From Acidobacteriota bacterium (GTDB taxonomy: Bacteria; Acidobacteriota; Terriglobia; Terriglobales; Acidobacteriaceae), in NCBI GenBank assembly GCA_021805025.1, contig JAJZGF010000001.1, positions 34,783-98,782 on the forward strand: 64,000 nt of DNA, written 5' to 3'. The position numbers were made by a program, and so were the translations under genes. Positions 19,787 through 31,285 of this stretch are shown piece after piece. Below the pieces are notes generated by a model. It made no database searches. It was not told where the DNA came from and saw only the letters and a list, made by a program, of their open reading frames with translations. Each line of letters opens with the position of its first letter. Position 1 is the first letter of the stretch.

Positions 19787-20680
19787 ATGCAGCCGAGCGA
19801 GCAGCCCGTCAACGGAAACGAAATTGAATGGATGGCGATGGAAGCGATCAGCACGCAGCATCCGCAGGCCCCCGGCAAAGAGGGTATGGCCGCGCTGGCG
19901 CACGACGCGTGCAACATGCTGGCCGCGCTCGACCTTTATTGCGATCTGCTCGAGGAGCCCGGCGTGCTTTCGCCTTCCTGCCTGCACTACAGCAACGAAC
20001 TCAAGTTGGTGGCCGCATCCAGTCGCCGGCTGGTGGAAAAGATGGGGGCGCTCGGTCTGACCTCGACCGAGGACGCTGGAGCAGCGGGCCTTGCGTCGTC
20101 CGATCTCCACACGCGGGCCGGCGCAGACGCGGCTTTGCGGTGCCCGCAGCCCATCAAGCGCTGGAAAGATCTGCCGGCTCTGCCTATGGAGGACCTCGCC
20201 TCTGAGATACGCGGATGCCAAAACCTGCTGGCCGCCCTTGCCGGTTCCGCCATCTTGGTTTCGTTCGACATCCGCGCCTGTGAGCTACCCGTGCAGATGA
20301 CCGCCGAAGACCTGACCCGCGTGCTGGTCAATCTGGTGAAGAACGCAAGCGAGGCGATGACCGGCAGCGGCATCCTTCGCATCAGCCTTCGCGAGTTTCC
20401 CACCGAATCCGGCACCAATCGCTGGGTCACCCTCACCGTCGAAGACAACGGTCCCGGCATTCCTCGCAATGATCTTGAAGCGATCTTCGAGCCCGGCTAT
20501 ACCACGCGAGGCGTCGGCCATGAAGGCGCCACAAGTCCGTGGCCGATCCCGCATCGGGGCCTGGGGCTCGCCGTTACACGCTCCATCGTGGAAAGCGCGG
20601 GCGGCAGAATTCACGCCGCGCTGCGTGACCCCTCCGGCGCCTGCTTCCAGATCGAGCTGCCGGTCCGAACCTCCTGTTGA
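19787..20680 (+). CDS. Cytoplasmic histidine kinase lacking a recognisable sensor or TM domain
   Basis: This is ORF 19607..20680, with ATG 19787 preceded by AAGAGGA. The H-box is ALAHDACNMLAAL. The HATPase_c motifs are NLVKNASEAM (N box), VEDNGPGIP (G1) and GLGLAVTRSIV (G2). There is no hydrophobic segment. Confidence 0.75.
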   Translation: MQPSEQPVNGNEIEWMAMEAISTQHPQAPGKEGMAALAHDACNMLAALDLYCDLLEEPGVLSPSCLHYSNELKLVAASSRRLVEKMGALGLTSTEDAGAAGLASSDLHTRAGADAALRCPQPIKRWKDLPALPMEDLASEIRGCQNLLAALAGSAILVSFDIRACELPVQMTAEDLTRVLVNLVKNASEAMTGSGILRISLREFPTESGTNRWVTLTVEDNGPGIPRNDLEAIFEPGYTTRGVGHEGATSPWPIPHRGLGLAVTRSIVESAGGRIHAALRDPSGACFQIELPVRTSC

Positions 20681-20742
20681 GGCCCGCCGGCACAGTTGCC
20701 CCACACACCCCAATTCAACGCACCACCGACGAGGCGAATACA

Positions 20743-22203
<1,461 letters not shown>

Positions 22204-22336
22204 GCCGGGCAGTATTCGCCCCTGCACCGCCCGCCGCGCAAAGAGCCGGTCCGCCCCGCATAGCAGGGCGTTGCATCGCAAACAATCCACCCAGGACCCG
22301 GCCAGACGCGCCGGGCACGAACCAAAGGAGCATCCG

Positions 22337-22849
22337 ATGAGCATTCTGATGGTGACGGGCATTGAAGGCGCGCGAAACTGCGCAGAGGTCGTGGGCAAGC
22401 AACTGGGCAAGACGGTTGAAGTCGCCGAGGGCCGCAAGGCCGCACTGGCCGCGCTGCGCCGCCGGGAGTTCACCGCGGTCGTCGTGGACGAGACGCTTGC
22501 CGAGTGCGATCCGGCCGCCGCCGAAGCGATCTGGGAACGAGCCGGGCTTGCGATTCCCGTGCAGATCAACTTCGCACTCTCCGGCGCGGCCCGGCTCATC
22601 CGCGAGATTCGCGCCGCGCTGCATCGCCGCGAACGTGAGCAGGCGCTGGCTCGCCGCGCCGCCGCCACCGCCATGGAAGCCGAATTGAAGGCCACCGTCG
22701 CCGGACTGCTGCTTCACTCCCAACTGGCTCTCTCGGGCGAGCTCTCCGCGCCCGCGGCGGACCGACTGCGCGTGGTCGCCGATCTCGCATCGCACCTGCG
22801 CGCCCAGCTCAGTGCGCCGCTGCCAGGCCGTGCAGAGCCCGCAGCCTGA
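22337..22849 (+). CDS. Small degenerate receiver-like (pseudo-REC) protein with an Ala/Arg-rich helical tail
   Basis: ATG 22337 is preceded by AAAGGAG (22324-22330). It represents the 3' 170 codons of the long frame 21863..22849. ILMVTG...FTAVVVDETL...IPVQINFA follows the CheY-like beta-alpha pattern but lacks the acidic pair, the Thr and the Lys. Confidence 0.5.
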   Translation: MSILMVTGIEGARNCAEVVGKQLGKTVEVAEGRKAALAALRRREFTAVVVDETLAECDPAAAEAIWERAGLAIPVQINFALSGAARLIREIRAALHRREREQALARRAAATAMEAELKATVAGLLLHSQLALSGELSAPAADRLRVVADLASHLRAQLSAPLPGRAEPAA

Positions 22850-22912
22850 GCAGGGAGCCGGCAGGTTTGCTGCATGGATCCGTGAGGGAGAATTCCTCCG
22901 CTATGTGCGCAT

Positions 22913-22942
22913 GGCCGGGGCAATCCAGCCTCGGCCCTTTTT
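22913..22942 (+). terminator. Intrinsic terminator ending the HK-EBP-REC operon
   Basis: GGCCGGGG (22913-22920) pairs with CCTCGGCC (22929-22936), including one G-U pair, around an 8-nt loop, followed by CTTTTTAG. Confidence 0.6.
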
Positions 22943-22994
22943 AGAGATGCGCGCAAAGCCGCTCGAACGCGGGGATGCCTTACTCTGAAGGAGC

Positions 22995-23861
22995 ATGAAA
23001 GATTCGGCAGTTCTCCTGATTGATTGCCCGGACCGCAAAGGCCTGGTGGCCCGCGTAGCCGGGATGCTCTACGAACACAGCGCCAACATCCTGCACGCCG
23101 ACCAGCACCAGGACCACGATCTGGGCCTGTTCTTCATGCGCGTGGAGTTTGCGCTGAACGGCTCGGCCGGCGCGCCGCCGTTCCATCTCGACCGCTTCCG
23201 GCAGGCCTTTGGCCCGCTGGCAGCGGAACTCGACATGCGCTGGAATCTTGTCTCGAACGCCCTCAGGCCGCGCGTCGCGCTCTTCTGCTCGCAGTACATG
23301 CATTGCATGGCCGACCTGCTCCACCGCTGGCGCTCCTGCGAGCTGGACTGTGAGATACCCGTCATCGTCTCCAACCACCGCGAGGTCGAGCCGCTGGCCG
23401 CCTTCTATGGCATTCCCTTCGAGCACATTCCGGTCACCGCCGCCACGCGCGGCGAGGCAGAGGCACGGCAACTCGCGCTGCTTGCAGAGCACAAGATTGA
23501 CCTCGTCGTGCTGGCGCGCTACATGCAGATCCTTCCGTCAGCCTTCGTCGCCCGCTATCCGGCCTCCATCATCAATGTGCACCACTCGTTTCTGCCCGCC
23601 TTTACCGGCGCGCGGCCCTATCACGCGGCCCACGCGCGCGGCGTCAAGCTGATTGGCGCCACCAGCCACTACGTCACTGAGGTACTGGACGACGGCCCCA
23701 TCATCGAGCAGGACGTGGCCCGCATCTCGCACCGGGACCAGGTCGAGGATCTGGTCGCACGCGGCAGGGACCTCGAACGCCTGGTACTGTCGCGCGCCGT
23801 GCGCTGGCACCTGGACCGGCGCATCCTTTGCTACGGAAACAAGACAGTTGTCTTCGACTGA
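22995..23861 (+). CDS. purU: Formyltetrahydrofolate deformylase
   Basis: AAGGAG lies upstream of ATG 22995. An N-terminal ACT domain (VLLIDCPDRKGLVARVAGMLYEHSANI) is followed by a formyl-transferase core (IINVHHSFLPAF.GA.PY..A...GVKLIGATSHYVT..LD.GPII.Q). Confidence 0.92.
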   Translation: MKDSAVLLIDCPDRKGLVARVAGMLYEHSANILHADQHQDHDLGLFFMRVEFALNGSAGAPPFHLDRFRQAFGPLAAELDMRWNLVSNALRPRVALFCSQYMHCMADLLHRWRSCELDCEIPVIVSNHREVEPLAAFYGIPFEHIPVTAATRGEAEARQLALLAEHKIDLVVLARYMQILPSAFVARYPASIINVHHSFLPAFTGARPYHAAHARGVKLIGATSHYVTEVLDDGPIIEQDVARISHRDQVEDLVARGRDLERLVLSRAVRWHLDRRILCYGNKTVVFD

Positions 23862-23921
23862 TAGAAGCACGTGCCCGGATCAAACGGGCATTTCGCTGGC
23901 GCGCGAGCCTCCGCCCGACGC

Positions 23922-25283
23922 CTACAACTCCACCAGCGCGTCGGCAATGCCGAGGTGCCGATCCAGCGCTGCGATGCCCAGATCGAGTTCTTCCCTGGTG
24001 ACGATGAGCGGAGGTGCGATGACGAAATGGCTCACCCATGCCTGGATGGAGACACCATCGGACATCATCTTCGCCGCAATCTGGTCCACGACCAGCGGCT
24101 TGCCCTCGACCTTGTCGCGCATGGTGTTGAATGGCTGCCTGGTCGCGCGATTCTTCACGATCTCGACCGCAAAGAAGAGGCCGAGCCCGCGCACGTCGCC
24201 GACGGACGCGTGCTTTGCCTTGAGGGCTTCGAGCTTTTCACGCACATAGGGCTCTAGTTCCGCCGCCCGCTCCACGAGTTTGAGCCGCTGCATCTCCTCA
24301 ATGGTGGCCACGGCGGGGCCCAGAGTGATGGGATGCGCCTCATACGTATGCCCATGCGAAAAGTAGTGATCCTCAAAGTAGTCCGCGATCTGCTTTGTGG
24401 TGGCGCAAAGGCCCAGCGGCACATACGCCGAGGTGATGCCCTTCGCGGTGACCAGGATGTCCGGCTTCACGTTCCAGTGATCGACGGCAAACCACTTGCC
24501 CGTACGGCCCCAGCCGGCCATCACTTCGTCGGCGATCATCAGCACGCCATGCCGGTCGCAGATTGCGCGCAGGCGGGGGAAGTATTCCGGCGGCGGAACG
24601 AGCACGCCATTCGTGCCCACCACAGGCTCCAGAATGATGGCCGCCACGTCGCTTTCGTTGCGAATCATGTGCTCGATGTAGTCCGCGCACGCGATGTTGC
24701 AGCCTGGGTAGGTGTGCCTGATCGGGCAGTCGTAACAGTTGGTCTCCGGCGCGAAGACAACGCCTGCGGCCTTGCCCGCAGGCTCCATCGCCCAGCGGCG
24801 CGGGTCGCCGGTGGCTGCAATCGAGCCCATGGTGGAGCCGTGATACGAGCGGTAGCGCGAGATGATCTTCGTCTTGCCGGTGAACATGCGCGCGATTTTG
24901 AAGGCCGCCTCATTGGCCTCCGTTCCGCTGGTGGCGAAGAAGAATTTTTCGAGGCCCGCGGGAAGAACTTCGAGCAATTTGGCGCTAAGCTTTGCGCGCG
25001 CTGCCGTGGCATAACCCGGCGCAACATAGGCCAGTTCCCTGGCCTGCTCGGCAATCGCCTCCACCACACGCGGATTCTTGTGCCCCAGGTTCACGCACAT
25101 TAATTGCGCCGAAAAGTCGAGATAGCGCTTGCCAGCGCCATCCGTGATCCAGCATCCCTCGGCATCGGCGATGTAGAGCGGCTTCCAAGTCTTTTGAAAT
25201 CGCCATGTGCCGTAGTTGGTCTGGCGCGTAATCGTGGAGACTTCTTCCGATGTGAGGACATGGGGTTGGGAAAATTCGCTCAT
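23922..25283 (-). CDS. Class III (omega) aminotransferase, PLP-dependent
   Basis: This is ORF 23922..25304, with ATG 25283 preferred (GGGAGA upstream). It carries FFATSGTEANEAAFKIAR, ADEVMAGWGRTGKWFA and TAKGITSAY (the PLP lysine region). Confidence 0.85.
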   Translation of the reverse strand: MSEFSQPHVLTSEEVSTITRQTNYGTWRFQKTWKPLYIADAEGCWITDGAGKRYLDFSAQLMCVNLGHKNPRVVEAIAEQARELAYVAPGYATAARAKLSAKLLEVLPAGLEKFFFATSGTEANEAAFKIARMFTGKTKIISRYRSYHGSTMGSIAATGDPRRWAMEPAGKAAGVVFAPETNCYDCPIRHTYPGCNIACADYIEHMIRNESDVAAIILEPVVGTNGVLVPPPEYFPRLRAICDRHGVLMIADEVMAGWGRTGKWFAVDHWNVKPDILVTAKGITSAYVPLGLCATTKQIADYFEDHYFSHGHTYEAHPITLGPAVATIEEMQRLKLVERAAELEPYVREKLEALKAKHASVGDVRGLGLFFAVEIVKNRATRQPFNTMRDKVEGKPLVVDQIAAKMMSDGVSIQAWVSHFVIAPPLIVTREELDLGIAALDRHLGIADALVEL

Positions 25284-25297
25284 GGTTTCGCTCTCCC

Positions 25298-25313
25298 GGT
25301 TCAATGTTGAACC
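25298..25313. promoter_or_regulatory. Perfect 16-bp palindrome upstream of the aminotransferase (candidate operator)
   Basis: GGTTCAATGTTGAACC (7-2-7 dyad) lies 15-30 nt upstream of ATG 25283 on the minus strand. Confidence 0.35.
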
Positions 25314-25349
25314 ATGCTATCACTGCACGTTGAAGCTGAATCTGCGCGG

Positions 25350-25379
25350 AAACAAAACCCCCGGCGCAGGCGCCGGGGG
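25350..25379 (-). terminator. Intrinsic terminator of clpC
   Basis: On the minus strand, CCCCCGGCG pairs with CGCCGGGGG (9 bp, 4-nt loop, plus coordinates 25358-25379), followed by UUUUGUUU (plus 25350-25357). It lies 29 nt after the clpC stop. Confidence 0.75.
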
Positions 25380-25407
25380 ATGAGGGTGTGGCCGCATCGG
25401 GTTCCGC

Positions 25408-27876
25408 TCAGTTGCTGAAGAGCAGGATGCCAGCCGCCTTCTCTTCGCTGCCGCCTTCCTCTGCCGCACTCACCGGACGGTAGAAGAGCTGGTTCTGGTC
25501 GAGATAGACCTCGAGGAAGGCTGGGCGCGCGGTGATTTGTCCGGCGATCAGCGCCTCCGACAGAGGGTCCTCAACGTAGCGCTGCAGGGCGCGGCGCAAG
25601 GGTCGCGCACCGTAACTGCGATCGACGAGCGTCTTCTCCAGAATCCACTTCTTGGCATCTTCGGTCACAGAGATGGTGATGGCCTTCTGCGCCAGGTTGG
25701 CGTTGAGCAGCTGGACGAGCAGCTCGACAATCTGCAGCAGATCGGCATCGTTGAGCGACTGGAAGAGAATCACCTCGTCCAGACGATTGAGGAACTCGGG
25801 GTTGAAGGTCTTCTTGACCTCCTGCTTGACCAGTTCCTCGACCTTCTCGGTGACCAGGTCTTCGCGGTCGCTCTGGAAGCCGAGACCCTGCTTCTTCTGC
25901 AGGTGTCGCGCGCCGATGTTCGAGGTCATGATGATGATGGTGTTCTTGAAGTCGACGGTATTGCCAAGTCCGTCGGTCAACTGGCCATCTTCAAAAACCT
26001 GCAACAGAAGGTTGAATACATCGGGGTGCGCCTTCTCAATTTCGTCGAGCAGGACTACCGAATATGGAGACCGCTTGACGCGCTCGGTCAACTGGCCGCC
26101 CTCCTCGTAGCCCACATATCCCGGAGGCGAACCGATCAACTTGGAGACCGAATGCTTCTCCATGAACTCCGACATGTCGAAACGGATGAGCGCCTTGTCC
26201 GACCCGAAGAGGAACTGGGCCAGCGTGCGGGCCATCTCGGTTTTACCTACGCCGGTGGGGCCCAGGAACAGGAAGCTGCCGATGGGCCGCGCAGGCGACT
26301 TGAGTCCCGCGCGCGAGCGGCGAATGGCACGCGCCAGCGCAGAGATGGCTCTCTCCTGCGAGATCACGCGCTTGTGCAGCTCTTCTTCCACGCGCAACAG
26401 CTTCTGCGTCTCTTCTTCCTTGATGCTGGTGACAGGCACGCCCGTCCAGCGACTGACCACATCCTCGATATCTTCGCGGCCGACGATGCCGGCAGCGGAG
26501 TCATCGAGATGATATTTGTCGCGCAGGGCGCGCAGGTTTTCGCGCTCCTTGCGCTCCTCGTCGGAGTAGAAGCGCGCCTTCTCAAACTCGTGATTGGCAA
26601 TCGCCGAGTCCATGCGGTGCACGATGAATTTGATCCGCTTCTGCACCTCGGTGATCTCTTCGGGCAGCGAGGTCTGGCGCAGCTTGACACGCGCGCCGGC
26701 TTCGTCGATCAGGTCGATGGCCTTATCGGGCAGAAAACGGTCAGGAATGTAGCGATTGGAGTGAGAAACCGCAAACTCGATGGCCGCATCGGTGTAACTG
26801 ACGGCGTGGAACTTCTCATAGCGGTCCTTGATGCCGTTGATGATCTTGATGGCATCCGCTTCGTTGGGCGGCGGCACCTTGACGGCCTGAAAGCGCCGTT
26901 CCAGGGAACGATCTTTCTCAATGGACTTGCGATATTCGGCTGGCGTGGTAGCGCCTATACACTGAATTTCGCCGCGCGAGAGCGCCGGCTTGAGGATGTT
27001 GGCCGCATCGAGCGAGCCCTCAGCCGAACCAGCGCCGACCAGCGTGTGCAGCTCATCGATAAAGATGATGGAGTTTTGATTTTCCATCAGCTCTTTCATG
27101 ATGGTCTTCAACCGCTCCTCAAACTGACCGCGGTACTTGGTGCCAGCCACAATCAGCGACAAATCCAGCGCCAGCACGCGCTTGTCTGCAAGGAACGTGG
27201 GGACTTCACCATCCGCGATGCGCTGGGCGAGGCCCTCTACGATTGCCGTCTTGCCGACGCCGGGCTCGCCAATCAGCACGGGGTTGTTCTTTGTGCGGCG
27301 GCAGAGAATCTGAACGACACGCTCCAATTCGCCGTCGCGTCCGACGAGCGGATCCAGCTGTCCATCCATCGCGGCTTGCGTGAGGTCGCGGCTGAACTCT
27401 GCCAGCAGGCTGGATTCGCGCTGGCGCTGTTGCTGCGGCGCTTTCTCCTGGGTCACGCGGGTGAGCTCGTCCCGAATCTGGGCGAGCTTGAGGCCGCGCT
27501 CCTGCAGAATCTCCGCGGCAAAGCATTTCTCTTCGCGCAGCAGGCCTAGCAGCAGATGCTCAGTGCCGATGTGCTTGTGGCCAAGCCGCTCGGCTTCTTC
27601 CGCGGCATAGGCCAGTACCCGCTTGCACTCGTTGGAGAGCGGCAGATCGACCGAGGTGGAGACTTTCTCGCGGATGGTGGTGTGCGCCTCAATCTGCTTG
27701 CGAATGGACTCGACCGAAGCATGCGAGCGTAAAAAACGATTGGTTAACGCCTTGTCCTCGCGCAACAGGCCGAGCAGCAGATGCTCAGTCTCGATATAGG
27801 GCGAGCCGAACTGGCTGGCCTCATACCGCGCAAAGAAGATCACGCGCCGTGCCTTCTCCGTATAGCGTTCGAACAT
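25408..27876 (-). CDS. clpC: ATP-dependent Clp protease ATP-binding subunit ClpC (class I AAA+)
   Basis: This is ORF 25408..27927 trimmed to ATG 27876 (GGGGAGAA upstream). [16 protein letters not shown]...[11 protein letters not shown] is present twice (Clp_N repeats). There are two Walker A motifs ([16 protein letters not shown]) and a UVR-like linker ([12 protein letters not shown]). Confidence 0.93.
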   Translation of the reverse strand: MFERYTEKARRVIFFARYEASQFGSPYIETEHLLLGLLREDKALTNRFLRSHASVESIRKQIEAHTTIREKVSTSVDLPLSNECKRVLAYAAEEAERLGHKHIGTEHLLLGLLREEKCFAAEILQERGLKLAQIRDELTRVTQEKAPQQQRQRESSLLAEFSRDLTQAAMDGQLDPLVGRDGELERVVQILCRRTKNNPVLIGEPGVGKTAIVEGLAQRIADGEVPTFLADKRVLALDLSLIVAGTKYRGQFEERLKTIMKELMENQNSIIFIDELHTLVGAGSAEGSLDAANILKPALSRGEIQCIGATTPAEYRKSIEKDRSLERRFQAVKVPPPNEADAIKIINGIKDRYEKFHAVSYTDAAIEFAVSHSNRYIPDRFLPDKAIDLIDEAGARVKLRQTSLPEEITEVQKRIKFIVHRMDSAIANHEFEKARFYSDEERKERENLRALRDKYHLDDSAAGIVGREDIEDVVSRWTGVPVTSIKEEETQKLLRVEEELHKRVISQERAISALARAIRRSRAGLKSPARPIGSFLFLGPTGVGKTEMARTLAQFLFGSDKALIRFDMSEFMEKHSVSKLIGSPPGYVGYEEGGQLTERVKRSPYSVVLLDEIEKAHPDVFNLLLQVFEDGQLTDGLGNTVDFKNTIIIMTSNIGARHLQKKQGLGFQSDREDLVTEKVEELVKQEVKKTFNPEFLNRLDEVILFQSLNDADLLQIVELLVQLLNANLAQKAITISVTEDAKKWILEKTLVDRSYGARPLRRALQRYVEDPLSEALIAGQITARPAFLEVYLDQNQLFYRPVSAAEEGGSEEKAAGILLFSN

Positions 27877-28203
27877 GATGTTCTCCCCTGCTTCCAGGCT
27901 TTCGGTGGGAGTGGCTGTCCAGTGCATTGCCGGCCTCAGCCCAACCCGCGCGCGCCCTTCCTTTTAGCTTCGCTGCCGGAGGCCTCTCATGGAAAAACCG
28001 TGCCAGCCCCGAACAGCCCTTGTGGATGGTTTCGGCAAGAAATCCGCCGGTCGTTCGAAGACCCACTGCATGGACCCGAACTGCCACCCTACGCTCGCCG
28101 GTCCGGACGGGAATGCCATCCCGGGTTCCCGGACCCCTTACTACAATCAGACTCCAAAACGGCCCGGAATGGTTCAATTTCCGGTACATCTTTGGGGTCA
28201 GGT

Positions 28204-28974
28204 TCAGCTTTGGGAGACGCTCCCCAAAGCAGCAAGGCGCCCACGCTCCAGGCGCAGAGTCCGCGCACAGCGCGCGGCTAAATCCGCATTATGCGTCACC
28301 ACAATCGAGGTGAGGCCGTGGGAGACGTGCAGCCGCTCCAGCAGATCGAAGACGCGTCCTGCGGTGGTCTCGTCCAGGTCGCCGGTGGGCTCGTCGGCCA
28401 GCAGCAGGCGGGGATTGCCGACCAGCGCGCGGGCCAGCGCGATGCGCTGCTGCTCGCCGCCGGAGAGTTCGCCGGGCCGGTGCTCGCTGCGATCTTCCAG
28501 GTCGACCTCCTTTAACCATTTAGATGCCGTCTGCTGCGCTGCGTGACGGCTTTCTCCGCGAGCGAGCAGTGGCATGGCCACGTTTTCAAGCGCGGTGAAC
28601 TCCGGCAGCAGGTAGTGAAACTGCCACACGTAGCCGACGATGCTGTTGCGGAAGGCCGCTGCCTGCCGCGAGTTCAACTCGGCCACATTGGTTGAGGCGC
28701 AGTGTACAGTCCCCGCCGTGGGGGCATCAAGTGCGCCCAGAATGTGCAAAAGCGTGCTCTTTCCAGCGCCGGACTGGCCGACGATGGCCACCAGTTCGCC
28801 GGGATAGACGTCCAAATCGAGTCCGTGAAAGAGCGTGAGGCTTCCGCGCGCGGTGCGGTAGGTCTTTTCAAGTCCGCGCACCTGGATGATTGCGGTGCCT
28901 TCCGGGGCGCATGCATCCGGGTTCCGCAGGTTGCGGGAGGCCGGGCTGGGAGCCGCTGGAAGGGTTTGTTTCAT
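28204..28974 (-). CDS. ABC transporter ATP-binding protein, LolD/FtsE/MacB-like, with no adjacent permease
   Basis: It carries GQSGAGKSTLL (Walker A), LSGGEQQRIALARAL (signature) and LLLADEPTGDLD (Walker B). The block FRN..VGYVWQFHYLLPEFTALENV is typical of the LolD group. Confidence 0.8.
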   Translation of the reverse strand: MKQTLPAAPSPASRNLRNPDACAPEGTAIIQVRGLEKTYRTARGSLTLFHGLDLDVYPGELVAIVGQSGAGKSTLLHILGALDAPTAGTVHCASTNVAELNSRQAAAFRNSIVGYVWQFHYLLPEFTALENVAMPLLARGESRHAAQQTASKWLKEVDLEDRSEHRPGELSGGEQQRIALARALVGNPRLLLADEPTGDLDETTAGRVFDLLERLHVSHGLTSIVVTHNADLAARCARTLRLERGRLAALGSVSQS

Positions 28975-29067
28975 TCGATGAATCCTATTCTATCGTGTGG
29001 ACACAAAATAACCTGCAAAAGTCGCACGTGCGCTAACATGCTTTCGATGGAGCAGTTTACATGCAAT

Positions 29068-30225
29068 TCAATGCGGCTGGGGGCTTGACAACAAAATCGC
29101 CGCCGGGTTGAGGCGGGCGACTCTGCCCTGCGGGCCGACGACGAAGGGCAGTGACAGCGCATTCCAGTTGCCGTTGTCGAACGACTGCCAGGTGCGGCCA
29201 TCGTCGCGGCTGATGTCGGAGCCGTTGGTGCCTACGGTAATCCAGGCCTTGAGAGAATCCGACCACTCAACGGAGGAGCGGTAGCCGTGGGGTGGTTTTT
29301 CAGACGCGGTCCAATGTGCTCCGCCGTCGACCGAGTAGGCGGCCGTGCCAGTGGAGACGTTGGGTTTGAGATAGTCACCGCCGACGGCGATGAAGAAGTA
29401 CGAAACGGGGCTAACGCAGTCTGTGCACTTCGGGCGCGTCGATCTCATTGCGAATGCGAATGGACCAGCACTCTCAGTGTTTCCTGCCAAGGGCAACGGA
29501 ACTCGACCCCAATTATCGAATGATGAATGGCGTTGGAAATAGTAGGATCCGTCCTTGCCGCCCACAACGAACCCGTACATATATCCAGACCGAGTTTGCG
29601 CAAGCAGGCTGTTGCTAGCAGCAAATCCGCCGATTGACATTCCATCGACTGACAACCCGGAGTTTGGATCGCTCTTCCATCTGGCGCCGCCATCCTCAGT
29701 TTCAAGAACCACGATGCGCCGATCGACCGGATCTCCTAGAACAATCCCAACTTTGTATTGTGGGTACATCCAAAAGCTGTCGAAAAAGCCATCCGGCGAG
29801 TCTGGATTCTTGAGCAGAAGCTTCCAAGTCCTGCACGCATCGGTCGTCTTGTACAGCCGGCTCTTGTCGCCCGGTCCTGACGCCATCACGATGGCCGTCT
29901 GCGCGTCGTATGCTTGCACGCCGCGAAAATCCAGCGTCGCCCCGTCTTTGTCGGCGTCGGGTGTGGCGCAGAGGGTCCAGTGTGCGCCGCCGTCGATGGT
30001 GCGCAGCACCGTGCCGCCGGTTCCGCTGGCCCAGGCCACCTTCCCATTTTTCGAATCGATGCCGCGCAGGCCGGCTGCGGTGCCTGAATCCTGCATCTGC
30101 CAGACGGGTTCTGCCGACGTGGCGCTCTGGCCGACTGGGACAGGCAGGCTGGGCGTGGATTGCGCGAAGAGCGCGGCCGGAAAGAGCGAAGCGGCCAGAA
30201 GGCTCACATAGCCAACGATTTGCAT
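29068..30225 (-). CDS. Secreted BNR/Ycf48-like beta-propeller protein
   Basis: A signal peptide MQIVGYVSLLAASLFPAALFAQ is followed by repeated S.DGG..W / T.D.G.TW Asp-box-like motifs (TIDGGAHW, TTDACRTWK, TEDGGARW, SVDGGAHW, SRDDGRTW). Confidence 0.6.
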   Translation of the reverse strand: MQIVGYVSLLAASLFPAALFAQSTPSLPVPVGQSATSAEPVWQMQDSGTAAGLRGIDSKNGKVAWASGTGGTVLRTIDGGAHWTLCATPDADKDGATLDFRGVQAYDAQTAIVMASGPGDKSRLYKTTDACRTWKLLLKNPDSPDGFFDSFWMYPQYKVGIVLGDPVDRRIVVLETEDGGARWKSDPNSGLSVDGMSIGGFAASNSLLAQTRSGYMYGFVVGGKDGSYYFQRHSSFDNWGRVPLPLAGNTESAGPFAFAMRSTRPKCTDCVSPVSYFFIAVGGDYLKPNVSTGTAAYSVDGGAHWTASEKPPHGYRSSVEWSDSLKAWITVGTNGSDISRDDGRTWQSFDNGNWNALSLPFVVGPQGRVARLNPAAILLSSPQPH

Positions 30226-30325
30226 GGCGGAAGTATAGACCGGACGCGGTGTGGTGCAGACAGCAAGGTTTGGTGTCTGCGGTCACTTTGCGATATCGCC
30301 AAAAGACGGGATAATTGATTTACTG

Positions 30326-31168
30326 GTGAATTTTTTTCAATTTATCTATTGGGTGGTGCTCGCCACAGCCCTCGCAGTAAACGTGTGCTCCGCGCAGGAG
30401 TTTTCGTCACGCTACGAGCTATTTCGCGAGCACAACGCCGAGATGGCGAAGGTGCAGCCCTCGTGGATGGGGCCGCTGATTCAATCCGATGCGCGGCTTT
30501 CGCAGGCGGTCCGCGTGTCTGTGTCCAAATCCACCTGGCCGAACGCGCAGACCATCAGCTACGGCAACAACCACGGCATCAGCCTGCTGGCGGGCACGCA
30601 TCTCCAATTTGACATGGACCCACCTGCATTCTTCCGCAACCACTCCAGCACGCTGCACGACGGGTTTGGCAATGCCGGCACGCAGGTGAAGTGGCGCATC
30701 GCCTCAGGCAACGCGGAGCACGGCAACTTTGCGGTCACGGCGCTGCTCTACCATGCCTTTGCGCCGCGCGTGGAGCAGAACCAGATGCTCACGGCGTTTT
30801 ACGTGCCCGCGGTTGTTGTGGGCAAGGGATTTGGGCGCTTTGCGGCGCTGTCAGAGATCGGCGGCCTGCTGCCTACGGGCAAGATTGCCCAGCAGGGGCG
30901 CGGCATTGAATGGAACCTGACCGCGCAGTTGCATTCCACGGCAAGATTCTGGTTCGACGTCGAGAATAATGCGCTCTTCAATTACGCAGGGCCGTTTGAC
31001 GGCAAAACGCAGAACCTTCTGACGCCTGCGGCTTTCTACATGGTGAAGCGCAAGGACTGGGGCCCGGCACACTCGGCGGTGATTTTTGATGCGGGTATGC
31101 AGATTGCGACCTCGGGATTCTACTTTTACAACCACAATCTGATCACCGAGATGCGCGTACTGTTCTAG
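30326..31168 (+). CDS. Hypothetical outer-membrane beta-barrel protein
   Basis: This is ORF 30251..31168. GTG 30326 gives a signal-like N-terminus (M)NFFQFIYWVVLATALAVNVCSAQ. The sequence shows an alternating hydrophobic pattern and ends in Phe (...EMRVLF), as expected for BAM substrates. The start is uncertain. Confidence 0.45.
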   Translation: MNFFQFIYWVVLATALAVNVCSAQEFSSRYELFREHNAEMAKVQPSWMGPLIQSDARLSQAVRVSVSKSTWPNAQTISYGNNHGISLLAGTHLQFDMDPPAFFRNHSSTLHDGFGNAGTQVKWRIASGNAEHGNFAVTALLYHAFAPRVEQNQMLTAFYVPAVVVGKGFGRFAALSEIGGLLPTGKIAQQGRGIEWNLTAQLHSTARFWFDVENNALFNYAGPFDGKTQNLLTPAAFYMVKRKDWGPAHSAVIFDAGMQIATSGFYFYNHNLITEMRVLF

Positions 31169-31285
31169 GTTCACACTACCGGGGCGGATGGCGTTGCAAG
31201 CGAAAATGGGACCATACTTCATTCTCGCCCTTGACGGTGGACCCGCCACAGCCTTCGGGCAGTGTGAACAGGCCCTGGTGCGCGG

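Noticed and set aside
25537-27549. 670-aa ORF on the plus strand
   Set aside because: It lies entirely antisense to clpC. Its composition is low-complexity (Leu/Arg/Gly/Ala/Asp-rich) with no motifs, which is a typical GC-rich shadow frame.
28204-28974. Orphan LolD-like ABC ATPase without a permease, considered as a possible component of an unusual or defence-type system
   Set aside because: Its motifs are those of ordinary LolD/FtsE/MacB-type ATPases, and the neighbours (clpC and a BNR propeller) give no system context. The permease genes are probably elsewhere.
31169-31269. 9-bp inverted repeat GTTCACACT...AGTGTGAAC flanking 83 nt between the convergent OMP and guaD genes
   Set aside because: I considered a MITE, a small RNA or a long terminator. 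It has no target-site duplication and no U-tract, it is too short to judge, and I saw no second copy in the window.
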